This document shows, one piece after another, positions 37,624 through 47,616 of a stretch of DNA of 64,000 nt (within the stretch, counting starts at the first letter, position 1; the number at the start of each line of letters is the position of its first letter). The notes under the pieces are model-generated. The model was given only the letters and a program-made list of their open reading frames with translations, was not told the origin of the DNA and ran no database searches. The DNA lies in assembly GCA_963663385.2 (NCBI GenBank), contig CAXXXD010000002.1, forward strand, positions 640,001 through 704,000, given 5' to 3'. A program made the position numbers and the translations under genes. This DNA is from Oceanispirochaeta sp. (GTDB lineage: Bacteria; Spirochaetota; Spirochaetia; DSM-2461).

Positions 37624-39105
37624 TCAGATCGATTCGGCCACTCTCTGAAAATGATATCCATATACAGCAAAGGTAAGGACCATCCTCAGCTTATCAGGAC
37701 AGTTAAACAGTGTATACCAGATCAGTTTCCAGAAATAGAACTTTCCATTCTTTTTCAGAACTCCAAGCTTAAGAAGAACTAAGAAAAATGATCGCAGACT
37801 GGAAAATGGACTGGCGTTGAGGTTTTCAAAAGGGTCCCTGTACTCTTCGAGAAAAACCCGGATTCTCTCAAAAAACAGCCTGGGGGAATAGATCTTTTTC
37901 ATAAGGGATCTGTATCCATTGATCAGAACATCCGGATGAATTTGGGGGATAAAATTCAGAATCCCATCCGTGTTATTTCCGGTCATATCCGCAATTATCC
38001 TGTTTTCCTTTTTCAGCCTTTTATAGAGACGGGTTCCCAAAGGAGCATTCAGAAGCCCTACCATAGCTGTGACAATCCCGCTGTTCTGAATAAATCTGGC
38101 CTGTCTATCAAAAATATCCACAGGATCGTTATCAAATCCAATGATAAACCCTCCCGAAACATTAAAACCTTTCCGCTGCATGATTTTCACACTCTGAATC
38201 AGATCCCGTCCCTGGTTCTGAATCTTATGACACTCATTCAGACTGGCTTCTTCCGAAGATTCAATTCCGATAAAACAGGTACTGAACCCGGCCTGCCTCA
38301 TCATATCCATCAGTTCCTCATCATCAGACATGTTTATAGAGGCTTCTGTTGTGAAATTGAAGGGATAATGGTGATCTTCCTGCCAGGAGATCAAAGCCGG
38401 AAGCATTTCACTTTTCAAACGGTTTTTATTCCCAATAAAATTATCATCTACAATAAAGACAGAACCTCTCCATTTCGCATCATACAGCGATGTCATTTCA
38501 TCAAGAAACTGATCCGTTTTTTTTACACGCGATTTATGACCGAAAAGAGCGGTTATGCTGCAGAACTCGCAATTGAATGGGCACCCTCTGGAATACTGAA
38601 GATCCATTGAAGCATAATCATTCAGATGAAGTAGACTCCAGTCCGGAATGGGGGTTTGTGACAGATCTGCAAAATCACCGGTCTCATAGACTCTTTTCAA
38701 ATGCCCCGATTCCAGATCCCGGACAAAAGGTTTCATCGTAATCTCTGCTTCATTCAACATAAAACAGTCTACATCGGGAAAACTCCCGGGATGCTGGGTG
38801 ACCATCGGACCGCCGGCTACAATTTTCGCCCCGACCTCTTTGCATCTTTTAACCACTTCTGTAAAAGATTTCTTCTGAATATCCATACCGCTAATGAAAA
38901 CAAAGTCAGCCCATAGAATATCTCTTAGAGACAACCTCCGCGTATTCAAATCCACCAGCTTTTTCTCCCACAACGAAGGAAGTAAGGATGCAACAGTCAA
39001 CAGGCCCAGAGGAGGGTCTGATGCTTTTTTGCCAATAAAGCTTAAAGCATATTTAAAGCTCCAGAATGTTATAGGTATTTCCGGATATATCAGGAGAATC
39101 TTCAA
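37624..39105 (-). CDS. B12-binding domain radical SAM protein with DUF4070-like C-terminus, copy 1
   Basis: TFWSF..PPLGLLTVA, VAGGP, SRGCPFNCEFC, FIVDDNFIGN, GGFIIGFDND; TTG start. Confidence 0.9.
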   Translation of the reverse strand: MKILLIYPEIPITFWSFKYALSFIGKKASDPPLGLLTVASLLPSLWEKKLVDLNTRRLSLRDILWADFVFISGMDIQKKSFTEVVKRCKEVGAKIVAGGPMVTQHPGSFPDVDCFMLNEAEITMKPFVRDLESGHLKRVYETGDFADLSQTPIPDWSLLHLNDYASMDLQYSRGCPFNCEFCSITALFGHKSRVKKTDQFLDEMTSLYDAKWRGSVFIVDDNFIGNKNRLKSEMLPALISWQEDHHYPFNFTTEASINMSDDEELMDMMRQAGFSTCFIGIESSEEASLNECHKIQNQGRDLIQSVKIMQRKGFNVSGGFIIGFDNDPVDIFDRQARFIQNSGIVTAMVGLLNAPLGTRLYKRLKKENRIIADMTGNNTDGILNFIPQIHPDVLINGYRSLMKKIYSPRLFFERIRVFLEEYRDPFENLNASPFSSLRSFFLVLLKLGVLKKNGKFYFWKLIWYTLFNCPDKLRMVLTFAVYGYHFQRVAESI

Positions 39106-39190
39106 ACTTAAACCTTCTACTCACAAATATACTATATTTATAATTATACCAGCCTAAATAATGGGTAAAGTAAAAGAAGTGTAAAATCTG

Positions 39191-40153
39191 ATGAGCACAG
39201 TTAAGAAAAAAATAACCCTCCGGACTTCGGTGACTATGTTTGTTCTTGTACAGATTTTCTTTCTCATACTGATAGGGCTTTGGATTTGGTTTTTTCTTAC
39301 TGATAATGAAATCAATCAGTCGTCGAACACTGTAATCAATTTCCCATTTTTTTCAGTCCCTGTGAAGACAGTTCTCTTTCTTTGTGGGCTATTACTGATT
39401 TTCCTGAATTCCGGAGGAACGTATTATTTATTTCAGAAATTCATTAAACAGACAAGAATTAATCGTATGTATGACAATTTTATCATCAATATAGTTCATG
39501 ACTTGAAGACACCTGCAGCATCCATTCAGCTGATTGGAGAAACACTTGCCAACAGAGACCTCTCAGATGATACTTATCATGATTTTCTTAACCGCCTGGA
39601 AAACGACACGACAAGGCTGAATCTGTTGATCAAATCCATTCTGGAGATTTCCAGAATATACAAGAAAAGTGACATGTTTTCGTTTGTTTCATTAAATGCG
39701 GATTTTTATGTCAGAACTGCAATCCGAGTTCTTCAAAGCCAATTCAACCTGGATAAAGACAGGATTTCTGTTGTTGGATATTCCAAGTGCCAGATAAGAA
39801 TAGATCCTTCTGCTTTTACAGCAGTCTTAAGCAATCTAATTGATAACTCAATAAAATACAGCTCCTCACCGGTGAAAATTAAAATATATTTAGGATATAA
39901 AAAGAAGAAGTTCATTTTAATTTTTTCAGATGAGGGAAGCGGTATCTCCCGGAAATTCAGAAAGCGTGTTTTCAAGAAGTTTGTTCAAATAAGAACGCTC
40001 CCCAATTCTACCCTCACAGGCTTGGGGTTAGGTCTCAACTGGTGCAGAGAGATTCTCCATATACACAAAGGAAGAATTCAGATTCAGCAAAAAAGGAATA
40101 GTAAGGGTACCTTTTTTTACATTGAACTGCCGGGAGACAGGTTGATTAATTAA
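39191..40153 (+). CDS. Sensor histidine kinase, copy 1
   Basis: Two TM segments, NIVHDLKTP H-box, NLIDNSIKYS, DEGSGI, GLGLGL. Confidence 0.92.
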   Translation: MSTVKKKITLRTSVTMFVLVQIFFLILIGLWIWFFLTDNEINQSSNTVINFPFFSVPVKTVLFLCGLLLIFLNSGGTYYLFQKFIKQTRINRMYDNFIINIVHDLKTPAASIQLIGETLANRDLSDDTYHDFLNRLENDTTRLNLLIKSILEISRIYKKSDMFSFVSLNADFYVRTAIRVLQSQFNLDKDRISVVGYSKCQIRIDPSAFTAVLSNLIDNSIKYSSSPVKIKIYLGYKKKKFILIFSDEGSGISRKFRKRVFKKFVQIRTLPNSTLTGLGLGLNWCREILHIHKGRIQIQQKRNSKGTFFYIELPGDRLIN

Positions 40154-40168
40154 TAAGAGGGGAACACA

Positions 40169-40897
40169 TTGGCTAACGGGGAATTAATACTTCTGATTGA
40201 AGACGATAGGAATTTGGCATCTAGTGTAATATACAATCTGGAAAATGAAGGTTACAGAGTTCTCTGGGCAGAAGAGGGACATCAGGCTATGAAACTGTCG
40301 GATAATGGTGACATAAGTCTTGTCATACTGGACATAATACTTCCTTATTACAACGGATTCACAATACTGGAAAAAATAAGGTCGGACTCGCCATCCTTGC
40401 CTGTAATTATCGTTTCAGCAAGATCTGAAGTACAGGATAAAATCATAGGCCTTTCACTGGGTGCTGATGATTATCTGCCGAAACCGTTTCATATCAAGGA
40501 ATTACTTATGAGAGTAGCCGGAATGCTTAAGAGAAGGAACTGGTATAGAACGAATATTTCCGATATGGACGATTTTTCCTTTGGCGAAAACAGAATCAAT
40601 TTTGAAAATGCGACCTGCCAGTCCCCCAAGGGGTCATTTAAGCTGACACCTCTTGAAAGCGCCCTGTTAAAGTGCTTTATCTTAAACGAAGACCAGATAC
40701 TATCCAAACAGGAACTTCTTATGAAGGTTTGGAAAACGAGTACTGAAACAGAAACCCGAACTGTCGATAACTTTGTAATGCGGCTAAGAAAATACTTTGA
40801 AGAAGACCCTTCCAAACCAGTGTATTTTAAAAATATCAGAAAAAGAGGATACATATTCTCAACCAGAGGAGAATGGCATGAAAAAGGAAAAGAATGA
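40169..40897 (+). CDS. OmpR/PhoB family response regulator, copy 1
   Basis: LIEDD, LDIILP, GADDYLPKPF, TRTVDNFVMRLRKYFEEDP. Confidence 0.93.
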   Translation: MANGELILLIEDDRNLASSVIYNLENEGYRVLWAEEGHQAMKLSDNGDISLVILDIILPYYNGFTILEKIRSDSPSLPVIIVSARSEVQDKIIGLSLGADDYLPKPFHIKELLMRVAGMLKRRNWYRTNISDMDDFSFGENRINFENATCQSPKGSFKLTPLESALLKCFILNEDQILSKQELLMKVWKTSTETETRTVDNFVMRLRKYFEEDPSKPVYFKNIRKRGYIFSTRGEWHEKGKE

Positions 40898-41741
40898 ACA
40901 AACGAAACTATTTGATATAATTAGCAATAGAATCTTTACACACAGGTTTATTTCAGGTATTGCCGGGGATCGCTTACAGTCAACCGAAGAAAAAGAGCTC
41001 TATGAAACTCTTTTAGAAGAATCAGAAGGAGACCTGTATGTAAAAGTTCTCTTCCATCTTACAAATGAAGTCTTTAATAAAGAAAAAGCCATTACAATCT
41101 GGAAAGCCATAATTGATCATAAAAGTTACTTGTCCAGACAACTCAATAGAAATGTTGAAATTACAGTAGCGACTCTGGATTATCTGACAAATATTAAAGA
41201 TGAGATTACGGAACCTAAGATAATAGGAAGCGCCTTTTTGGGGAAGATTGTTGAGCTATCCTCTGTGGATACATTAACAAAATTGTACAACAGACAGCAC
41301 CTGATGCAGGTTTTATCCAAAGAGACCAGTCGATTCAAACGCTATAAGATTCCATTCTCTCTCCTGATGATTGATATCGATCATTTTAAATCTATAAATG
41401 ATAAATACGGGCATCAAACGGGAGATAACGTTCTGGTGGAAATCAGTAAGTTACTGATTCTCGATCTGAGAGAGCTGGATATCTGTACAAGATTCGGCGG
41501 GGAAGAGTTTATGATCGTTCTTCCTCATACAACAGAGCCTGAATCCTATGAACTAGCAGAACGCATAAGAGAAAGAGTAGAAGAAAAGTACCGGGATGAG
41601 ATGAGAATAACAATCAGTATAGGAATATCAATTATCACGGAACAGAATAATGAGATTTCGGAAATCATAAGGAGAGCCGATAATGCCCTTTATCAGTCAA
41701 AGAAAAATGGTCGAAATAAGACGACCCTCTCAGATATTTAA
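40878..41741 (+). CDS. Diguanylate cyclase with an unassigned N-terminal helical domain
   Basis: DTLTKLYNR, DIDHFKSINDKYGH, RELDICTRFGGEEF; ATG 40878 overlaps the RR end. Confidence 0.9.
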   Translation: MKKEKNEQTKLFDIISNRIFTHRFISGIAGDRLQSTEEKELYETLLEESEGDLYVKVLFHLTNEVFNKEKAITIWKAIIDHKSYLSRQLNRNVEITVATLDYLTNIKDEITEPKIIGSAFLGKIVELSSVDTLTKLYNRQHLMQVLSKETSRFKRYKIPFSLLMIDIDHFKSINDKYGHQTGDNVLVEISKLLILDLRELDICTRFGGEEFMIVLPHTTEPESYELAERIRERVEEKYRDEMRITISIGISIITEQNNEISEIIRRADNALYQSKKNGRNKTTLSDI

Positions 41742-42166
41742 GCTGCATAGCACAGAGGAATAATAGAATAATCTGACGTACTGTCCATTCTGGAAGATTG
41801 GTTCTTTCTTCCATAGAGTTCCAGTATTTTATAGAGGAACCCCGCATCGATACCGCCCAGATGCCTCACCTCTCCGCCATCGTAAAGGATCGACTGGTAA
41901 GACAGCCCCGGATTGAATGTTACCTGCCCCAGAGGGATATTTCCGGATTTTTTCTTCTTACGGAATCTGTTCCACATTCGAAGGTGGGGATATTTCCCGG
42001 GGATCCCTGATCTACAGATGGGAACATTGGGATGTCCCTCAATACCGGCAGAGGGAGAAAGACTCAATACACATGCTGAGAGAGTACTTTAACCGGTTCG
42101 GATCGGATGGTATATAATACCATTCCATTCCTGCGGTAACAGTTTACCGTGATCAGGAAAAAACAG

Positions 42167-42196
42167 TTGCGCACGCCACACTTGTATGGTAGTATA
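42167..42196 (+). promoter_or_regulatory. uxaC promoter with overlapping operator
   Basis: TTGCGC-17 nt-TAGTAT with extended TG; ACTTGTATGGTAGTATA is identical to the uxuA upstream site. Confidence 0.7.
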
Positions 42197-42246
42197 CATT
42201 TTGTTAGTTAAAATATCCGAACAGGCTCAGAATTGAAGGAGCGGCT

Positions 42247-43647
42247 ATGAAGTTTATTCATAATGATTTCCTATTGGAAAACGATGCGGCAAAGCGCCTA
42301 TTTCACGATTACGCTGAAGATCTGCCCATTATCGATTATCACTGTCATCTGAATCCCCGGGAGATTGCAGAGGATGTCAGGTGGGAGAATCTGACACAAA
42401 TATGGCTGGGCGGCGATCACTACAAGTGGCGCTGTATGCGAAGCAACGGTATTGCTGAAAAGTATATTACAGGAGATGCCCCGGACCGGGAGAAATTTCA
42501 GAAATTTGCTGAGACTATGCCCTATCTACTCAGAAATCCCATGTATCACTGGTGTCATATGGAACTGGCCCGGTATTTCGGGATAGACGATCTGGTTTTG
42601 AATGGCGAGACCGCCCAGGAAGTCTGGGATCGTTCTCTGGAAGTTATCGGCAGGGGAGTCAGTGCCCGGCAGCTGATGATTGATAGCAATGTAAAGATTG
42701 TCTGCACCACTGATGATCCTGTGGACGATCTTAAATATCATAAGGCCCTGTCGGCGGAAAACTTTGCGATAAAGGTTCTTCCCACCTGGCGTCCCGACAG
42801 AGTCATGGCTATCGATAAGCCCGGATACAGAGACTATCTGATCACCCTGGGAAATACGGCGGAAGAGGATATCCGGGACTATGCGTCTCTGGTGAAAGCC
42901 ATTGAGATACGGCACGACTATTTTCACAGGGCAGGATGCCGTCTGTCAGATCATGGTCTGGATACCTGCTATGCTTCCGATTTCACAGAGATCGAGGTTT
43001 CCGGAATCTTTGATAGAGCCCTCTCGGGAGAACCCGTATCCGGAAAAGAGGCGGATAAATTTAAAACCGCCATGATGGTTCTTTTCGGACGGCTTGATGC
43101 CGGGAAGGGATGGACCAGTCAGATCCATCTGGGAGCACTGCGGAGCAACAACAGCCGAATGGTTGAAAAGCTGGGCGTTGATACGGGATTTGATTCCATC
43201 AATGACCAGAACTATGCCGGAGCTCTTTCCCGGTATCTGGATCTTCTGGATTCTGAAGAAAAGCTGCCGAAAACCATTCTCTACAACCTGAATCCCAGGG
43301 ATAATGAAATGATCGCCTCCATGCTGGGTAACTTTCAGGACGGTTCTGTTCCCGGGAAGATTCAGATGGGTGCCGGCTGGTGGTTTCTGGATCAGAGAGA
43401 CGGGATGGAGAGGCAGATGGAGGCCCTCAGTCAGCTGGGGCTTCTGCGCCGTTTTGTCGGGATGCTTACGGACAGCCGTTCCTTCCTCTCCTACACCCGG
43501 CATGAATACTTCCGCCGTATCCTCTGTAACCTTCTGGGGAGTGAAATGGAACGGGGGCTGATTCCTCCGGACTTTGATCTGGTCGGAGCCATGGTACGGG
43601 AGATCTCCTGCGAAAATGCCGGTAAATATTTCGGATTCGGAAAGTAG
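42247..43647 (+). CDS. uxaC: Glucuronate (uronate) isomerase
   Basis: PIIDYHCHL, WLGGDHYKWR, TTDDP, GAGWWFLD, GMLTDSRSFLSYTRHEYFRRILC. Confidence 0.97.
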   Translation: MKFIHNDFLLENDAAKRLFHDYAEDLPIIDYHCHLNPREIAEDVRWENLTQIWLGGDHYKWRCMRSNGIAEKYITGDAPDREKFQKFAETMPYLLRNPMYHWCHMELARYFGIDDLVLNGETAQEVWDRSLEVIGRGVSARQLMIDSNVKIVCTTDDPVDDLKYHKALSAENFAIKVLPTWRPDRVMAIDKPGYRDYLITLGNTAEEDIRDYASLVKAIEIRHDYFHRAGCRLSDHGLDTCYASDFTEIEVSGIFDRALSGEPVSGKEADKFKTAMMVLFGRLDAGKGWTSQIHLGALRSNNSRMVEKLGVDTGFDSINDQNYAGALSRYLDLLDSEEKLPKTILYNLNPRDNEMIASMLGNFQDGSVPGKIQMGAGWWFLDQRDGMERQMEALSQLGLLRRFVGMLTDSRSFLSYTRHEYFRRILCNLLGSEMERGLIPPDFDLVGAMVREISCENAGKYFGFGK

Positions 43648-43682
43648 CAGGAGAGATATTGCAAGTGGCAGCGGTGAGAGTA

Positions 43683-44432
43683 CTATCTATTCATATCCTG
43701 AAAGAGCTTTTTCTCATCAAAGACTCCCAGACCTGTGATAGATTCATCCTCAAAATAGTCTGCAAATTTCTCAAAAATAATATTCTTTTCAATATCCAGT
43801 TTGCGCAGATGGGTTTTCATGGTCTCCTCTGCGGCATCAAGATCCCGATCCTCAATGGACTTGAGCAGCTCACAATGATGCCTGTAATTTGATTTCGATA
43901 CACCGCTGACGGACATGGAGAGTACTCTGACCCGTCTGTAATGACTCGAGAAACTTATAACAACATTGAAACACATAGGTCTTTCCGCAAGTTCAAAAAG
44001 CAGTGCATGAAACTGGTCGTCCAGCTCCATGAACTCTGTGGTTTCCCCCTTTTCAAGGGCCTTGTTCTGTTTTTCAAGGTTCCGGTACAGCTTTTCCAGT
44101 GAGAGATCGCTTCTATTCAGTATAATCTCTTCAATTACGGATGTTTCCAGGGACTCCCTCAGGAATCTCTCTTCCCTGACGCGGGAGAGGCTGATCTTTG
44201 AAACAAAGCTTCCTTTCTGGGGGACCACCGTAACAAGGGCCTGGTTTGACAGCTTAATAAATGCTTCCCGCACAGGGGTCCGGCTGACCTTCATACGCTC
44301 GGAGATATCCTTTTCACTCATAATCGTTCCGGGTGTCAGATTCAGGTTAATGATATTTCTGTGCAAAATATCATAGACCGTCTCGCTAGCTGTTTTCGTC
44401 TGTCCCTGTTCTCCCCATTTGCGACTGGCCAT
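43683..44432 (-). CDS. GntR family regulator (FCD), likely hexuronate repressor
   Basis: VSRTPVREAF, PQKGSFVSKI, DDQFH; located within the uxa/uxu cluster. Confidence 0.9.
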   Translation of the reverse strand: MASRKWGEQGQTKTASETVYDILHRNIINLNLTPGTIMSEKDISERMKVSRTPVREAFIKLSNQALVTVVPQKGSFVSKISLSRVREERFLRESLETSVIEEIILNRSDLSLEKLYRNLEKQNKALEKGETTEFMELDDQFHALLFELAERPMCFNVVISFSSHYRRVRVLSMSVSGVSKSNYRHHCELLKSIEDRDLDAAEETMKTHLRKLDIEKNIIFEKFADYFEDESITGLGVFDEKKLFQDMNR

Positions 44433-44554
44433 TATATACCATCCTTTCCTGTTAAATCAGTCAGAGCATTCCGGATGTCCGGAATCGTTTTATTATATGC
44501 AGCATAATTGGCCGTCCCATTAATATAGAGAATCTGTTCTCCATTCTCCTTCCC

Positions 44555-46159
44555 TCAGTCCAGTATATATTTTTTCAGTGTATTCCGGATAGCGGCCGGA
44601 CCTGCCAGCATTTCCCTGAAAAAAGCTTCCACCTTACCTCCGAGATTATATTCATAGAGGTCTATTCCGAAAATCTCGCTGTCAGAAAGGAGCCCTTTCA
44701 GCTGTTCATGGACTTCTCCTGTATATGGTATTGAAAAGGATGCCACATAGGGTTGAACCTTGTCCAGATTGGGATCGGGACTGGGTTCAAATGTTTTTCC
44801 TTCATCATCAACAGCCATCAGGTATCGAAGCCAGCCGGCCATAAACAGAGGGATATAGTTCAGGAATGAGAGATCCGTCTTCCCCTGAGCTATATAGGCT
44901 TTCATGGTTTCTCCAAAACGGACCGGAATCTTTTTAGAGGTATCTGTGGCTATCCTCTGTGGTGTATCGGGAACAAAGGGGTTGGGGAACCGCACTTCGA
45001 TGCTGTCCCGGATAAAATCCTCTGCGTTCATAATACCGGGATCCACAACGACGGGCATTCCTTCGCTGTACCCCAGTTTTTCAATAAACCCTTTCAGCAG
45101 GGGATCTTTCATCTCGGCTGAAATGGAATTATACCCCAGGAGGCAACCGAAAACGGCCAGAACCGTGTGAAGGGGATTCAGACAGGTGCATACTTTCATC
45201 TTTTCAATCTTGTCGATGGTTTGTTTATCCGAGAAGAGAACTCCTGTCTCCTCCAGAGGAGGCCTGCCATTGGGAAAAAGATTTTCAATGGCAAGGTACT
45301 GGGACTCCTCCGCATTGACGAAGGGGGAAACATAGGTGTTCCTGGAGGTTTTGACCAGATCCATTCCTTCCAGACCGTCCTCGGCAAAGGTCTTTAAAAG
45401 AACCCCCGAAGGCCGGGGGGTGATCTTGTCTATCATACTCCAGTTGAAGGAGATTCTACTCTCGTCATTCAGATAAGCCAGGAAGGCAGCATCCGCATGA
45501 CCCTGTTCATTCCAGACTTCCGCGTATTCCATAACAGCCTGTTTCAGAAGGGTTCCGTTATGACTGCAGTTATCCATACTCACAAGAGCCAGGGGGGCAG
45601 CCCCTGTTTGAAACCGTTCCAGAAGAAGGCGGGTGATAATCCCGATGGTGCTGACGGGCTGTTTACCGAAGTTCTCCAGGTCCGGTCTGATCCAGGGAAA
45701 GTACTCTCCCTTTCCGTCTTTCAGGGCGTACCCCTTTTCCGTGATGGTCAGGCTGAGAATCTGCAGAGAGGGGGCGCAGAGAATCTCTTTCATCCTGTCA
45801 TAGTTTTCCGAGGGGATAAGCGATTCGGTCAGGCTGGCAACAATCTCCTTCTGAATATCTCCGTTTCCTTTCAGGGTTACTGCCAGGGCAAGGTTGTCAC
45901 AGGCTCTGTAGGCCTTCTCTATAATTTCCTCATCGAAGGTTTCGCAGACAATAATTCCCGTATCGGTTTTTCCATCATTCAGGAGCCTCTGCTGAAGAAC
46001 GGCAATAAATGCTCTGAAAATGTTCCCTGCGCCGAAGTGGATCCACCGCGGTGTTTCCCTGCTGCTCTTTCGAACAGACTCTATATCGAATAATGGCAGT
46101 ACATATCCCCTGGAAGTCCATTCGTCTTTATTTTTAATACTCTGTAAATTCAATTTCAT
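44555..46159 (-). CDS. Mannitol dehydrogenase family protein (D-mannonate oxidoreductase, UxuB-like)
   Basis: WIHFGAGNIFRAF, TITEKGY, SMDNCSHNG, MIDKITPRP, KVCTCLNPLH. Confidence 0.88.
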   Translation of the reverse strand: MKLNLQSIKNKDEWTSRGYVLPLFDIESVRKSSRETPRWIHFGAGNIFRAFIAVLQQRLLNDGKTDTGIIVCETFDEEIIEKAYRACDNLALAVTLKGNGDIQKEIVASLTESLIPSENYDRMKEILCAPSLQILSLTITEKGYALKDGKGEYFPWIRPDLENFGKQPVSTIGIITRLLLERFQTGAAPLALVSMDNCSHNGTLLKQAVMEYAEVWNEQGHADAAFLAYLNDESRISFNWSMIDKITPRPSGVLLKTFAEDGLEGMDLVKTSRNTYVSPFVNAEESQYLAIENLFPNGRPPLEETGVLFSDKQTIDKIEKMKVCTCLNPLHTVLAVFGCLLGYNSISAEMKDPLLKGFIEKLGYSEGMPVVVDPGIMNAEDFIRDSIEVRFPNPFVPDTPQRIATDTSKKIPVRFGETMKAYIAQGKTDLSFLNYIPLFMAGWLRYLMAVDDEGKTFEPSPDPNLDKVQPYVASFSIPYTGEVHEQLKGLLSDSEIFGIDLYEYNLGGKVEAFFREMLAGPAAIRNTLKKYILD

Positions 46160-46220
46160 AGCTATTCCCTCTATTGGATTGTTTCAGGTCAAAAGGCTCC
46201 CACGATCATGACCCTCAGCA

Positions 46221-47282
46221 TCAGGATTTCCTTATGGCTTCCAGCAGACCCAGAAGGTACTGAGATCCCAGGGCCCTGTCGTAAAGGCCGTAGCCGGGCA
46301 TGGCCTTTTCTCCCCAGATGGCACGTCCATGATCGGGGCGGACAGGCCCGTCATATCCGATTTCTACAAAAGCCTTCATGATTTCATACATATCCAGCGA
46401 TCCGTCTGATGAAAGATGGGCCGACTCTTCGAAGATCCCGGGCGCCGTATGTTTGGTATTCCTCACATGGGCAAAGTTGATTCTACCCTTGAGGGAGCGG
46501 ATGATATCGGGAATGTCATTGTCGGGATTAGAGCTTAATGAACCGGTGCAGAGGGTTACGCCATTGTACGGGGAGGGCACTTCCGTAATCAGACGCTGCA
46601 GGTCCATTTTGTTTTTTACAATACGGGGCAGACCGTAGACGCTCCAGACGGGATCGTCAATATGGATAGCCATTTTTACCCCGTATTTTTCACAAGTCGG
46701 CATAATCGCCTGGAGAAAGTACTTCAAATTCTGAAAGAGTTCTTCATTATCCGTGTCCTTGTAGAGGTTGAAGAGCTCCTCCACCTTCGCCATCCTTTCA
46801 GGCTCCCAGCCGGGCATCATAAAGCCGTTGGAATCATCATCGATGTGTCTGAATATCTCCTTCGGATCAATGGCGTCAACCTTTTCCTGGTTATAAGCCA
46901 GAACGGTAGAACCGTCGGGACGGGGTTTGGCCAGCTCGGAACGGGTCCAGTCGAATACAGGCATAAAGTTATAGCAGACCATATTGATGCCCTCATCGGA
47001 AAGCTTTTTCAGGGTGCTGATATAGTTTTCAATATGCTGGTCACGCATTTTATGTCCGGCTTTTATTTCATCTGAAACATTTACGCTTTCGATACCGTAG
47101 ATCGAAAGGCCCGCCTCTTCCACGTCTCTTTTAAGACTCTGTATATCTTCCCTGGGCCAGTCTTCGCCGGGATTCCTGTCATAAAGTGTGGGGATAACGC
47201 CGCCTACCCCCGGAATCTGACGGATCTGTTCCAAAGTTATACTGTCATGGTTTTTTCCGTACCATCTGAGACTCATTTTCAT
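46221..47282 (-). CDS. uxuA: Mannonate dehydratase
   Basis: MKMSLRWYG, CYNFMPVFDWTRS, HIDDP, RPDHGR, PGYGLYDRALG; start reassigned to ATG 47282. Confidence 0.96.
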   Translation of the reverse strand: MKMSLRWYGKNHDSITLEQIRQIPGVGGVIPTLYDRNPGEDWPREDIQSLKRDVEEAGLSIYGIESVNVSDEIKAGHKMRDQHIENYISTLKKLSDEGINMVCYNFMPVFDWTRSELAKPRPDGSTVLAYNQEKVDAIDPKEIFRHIDDDSNGFMMPGWEPERMAKVEELFNLYKDTDNEELFQNLKYFLQAIMPTCEKYGVKMAIHIDDPVWSVYGLPRIVKNKMDLQRLITEVPSPYNGVTLCTGSLSSNPDNDIPDIIRSLKGRINFAHVRNTKHTAPGIFEESAHLSSDGSLDMYEIMKAFVEIGYDGPVRPDHGRAIWGEKAMPGYGLYDRALGSQYLLGLLEAIRKS

Positions 47283-47304
47283 TTTTTGTTTTTTCCTCCA
47301 TTTA

Positions 47305-47506
47305 AATAGATCAAATTGGGTATGAACATAACTACATCGGGAATTAGGAATCATTATGATCATCACCACACCAGTACGATGATCGTGATATGGAAGGAGC
47401 ATTATACTTGCCAAATCCGATATAAAGCTGTTCCACCTGTCGTGTTCATGCATCCCATAGTTATAAATGTCATCATTGGAATACAGAGATGAACCGGATC
47501 AGTTCC
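47305..47506 (-). pseudogene. Decayed 3' remnant of a TRAP transporter large permease (DctM)
   Basis: Minus strand reads GTDPVHLCIPMMTFITMGCMNTTGGTALY and, after frameshifts, PDVVMFIPNLIY; resembles the DctM C-terminus G(I/V)DPVHFG...TPPVG.LY...FP..V.F.P. Confidence 0.65.
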
Positions 47507-47586
47507 TCTCCTTTCCATTATCAACAGCATCCCGCCGACCATTAGCAAAAAAGTACTCTTCTCTAATTATCCACTACGTCTGGAAA

Positions 47587-47616
47587 TATACTACCATACA
47601 AGTATGGAGGGCGCAA
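47587..47616 (-). promoter_or_regulatory. uxuA operon promoter with overlapping operator
   Basis: Minus strand TTGCGC-17 nt-TAGTAT containing ACTTGTATGGTAGTATA. Confidence 0.7.

Larger units (their letters stand above)
37624..40920. repeat. 3.3-kb duplicated cassette, copy 1 (copy 2 at 50281-53577, offset 12657)
   Basis: Near-identical DNA over the radical SAM, HK and RR genes and the first ~40 nt of the downstream GGDEF gene. Confidence 0.95.
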
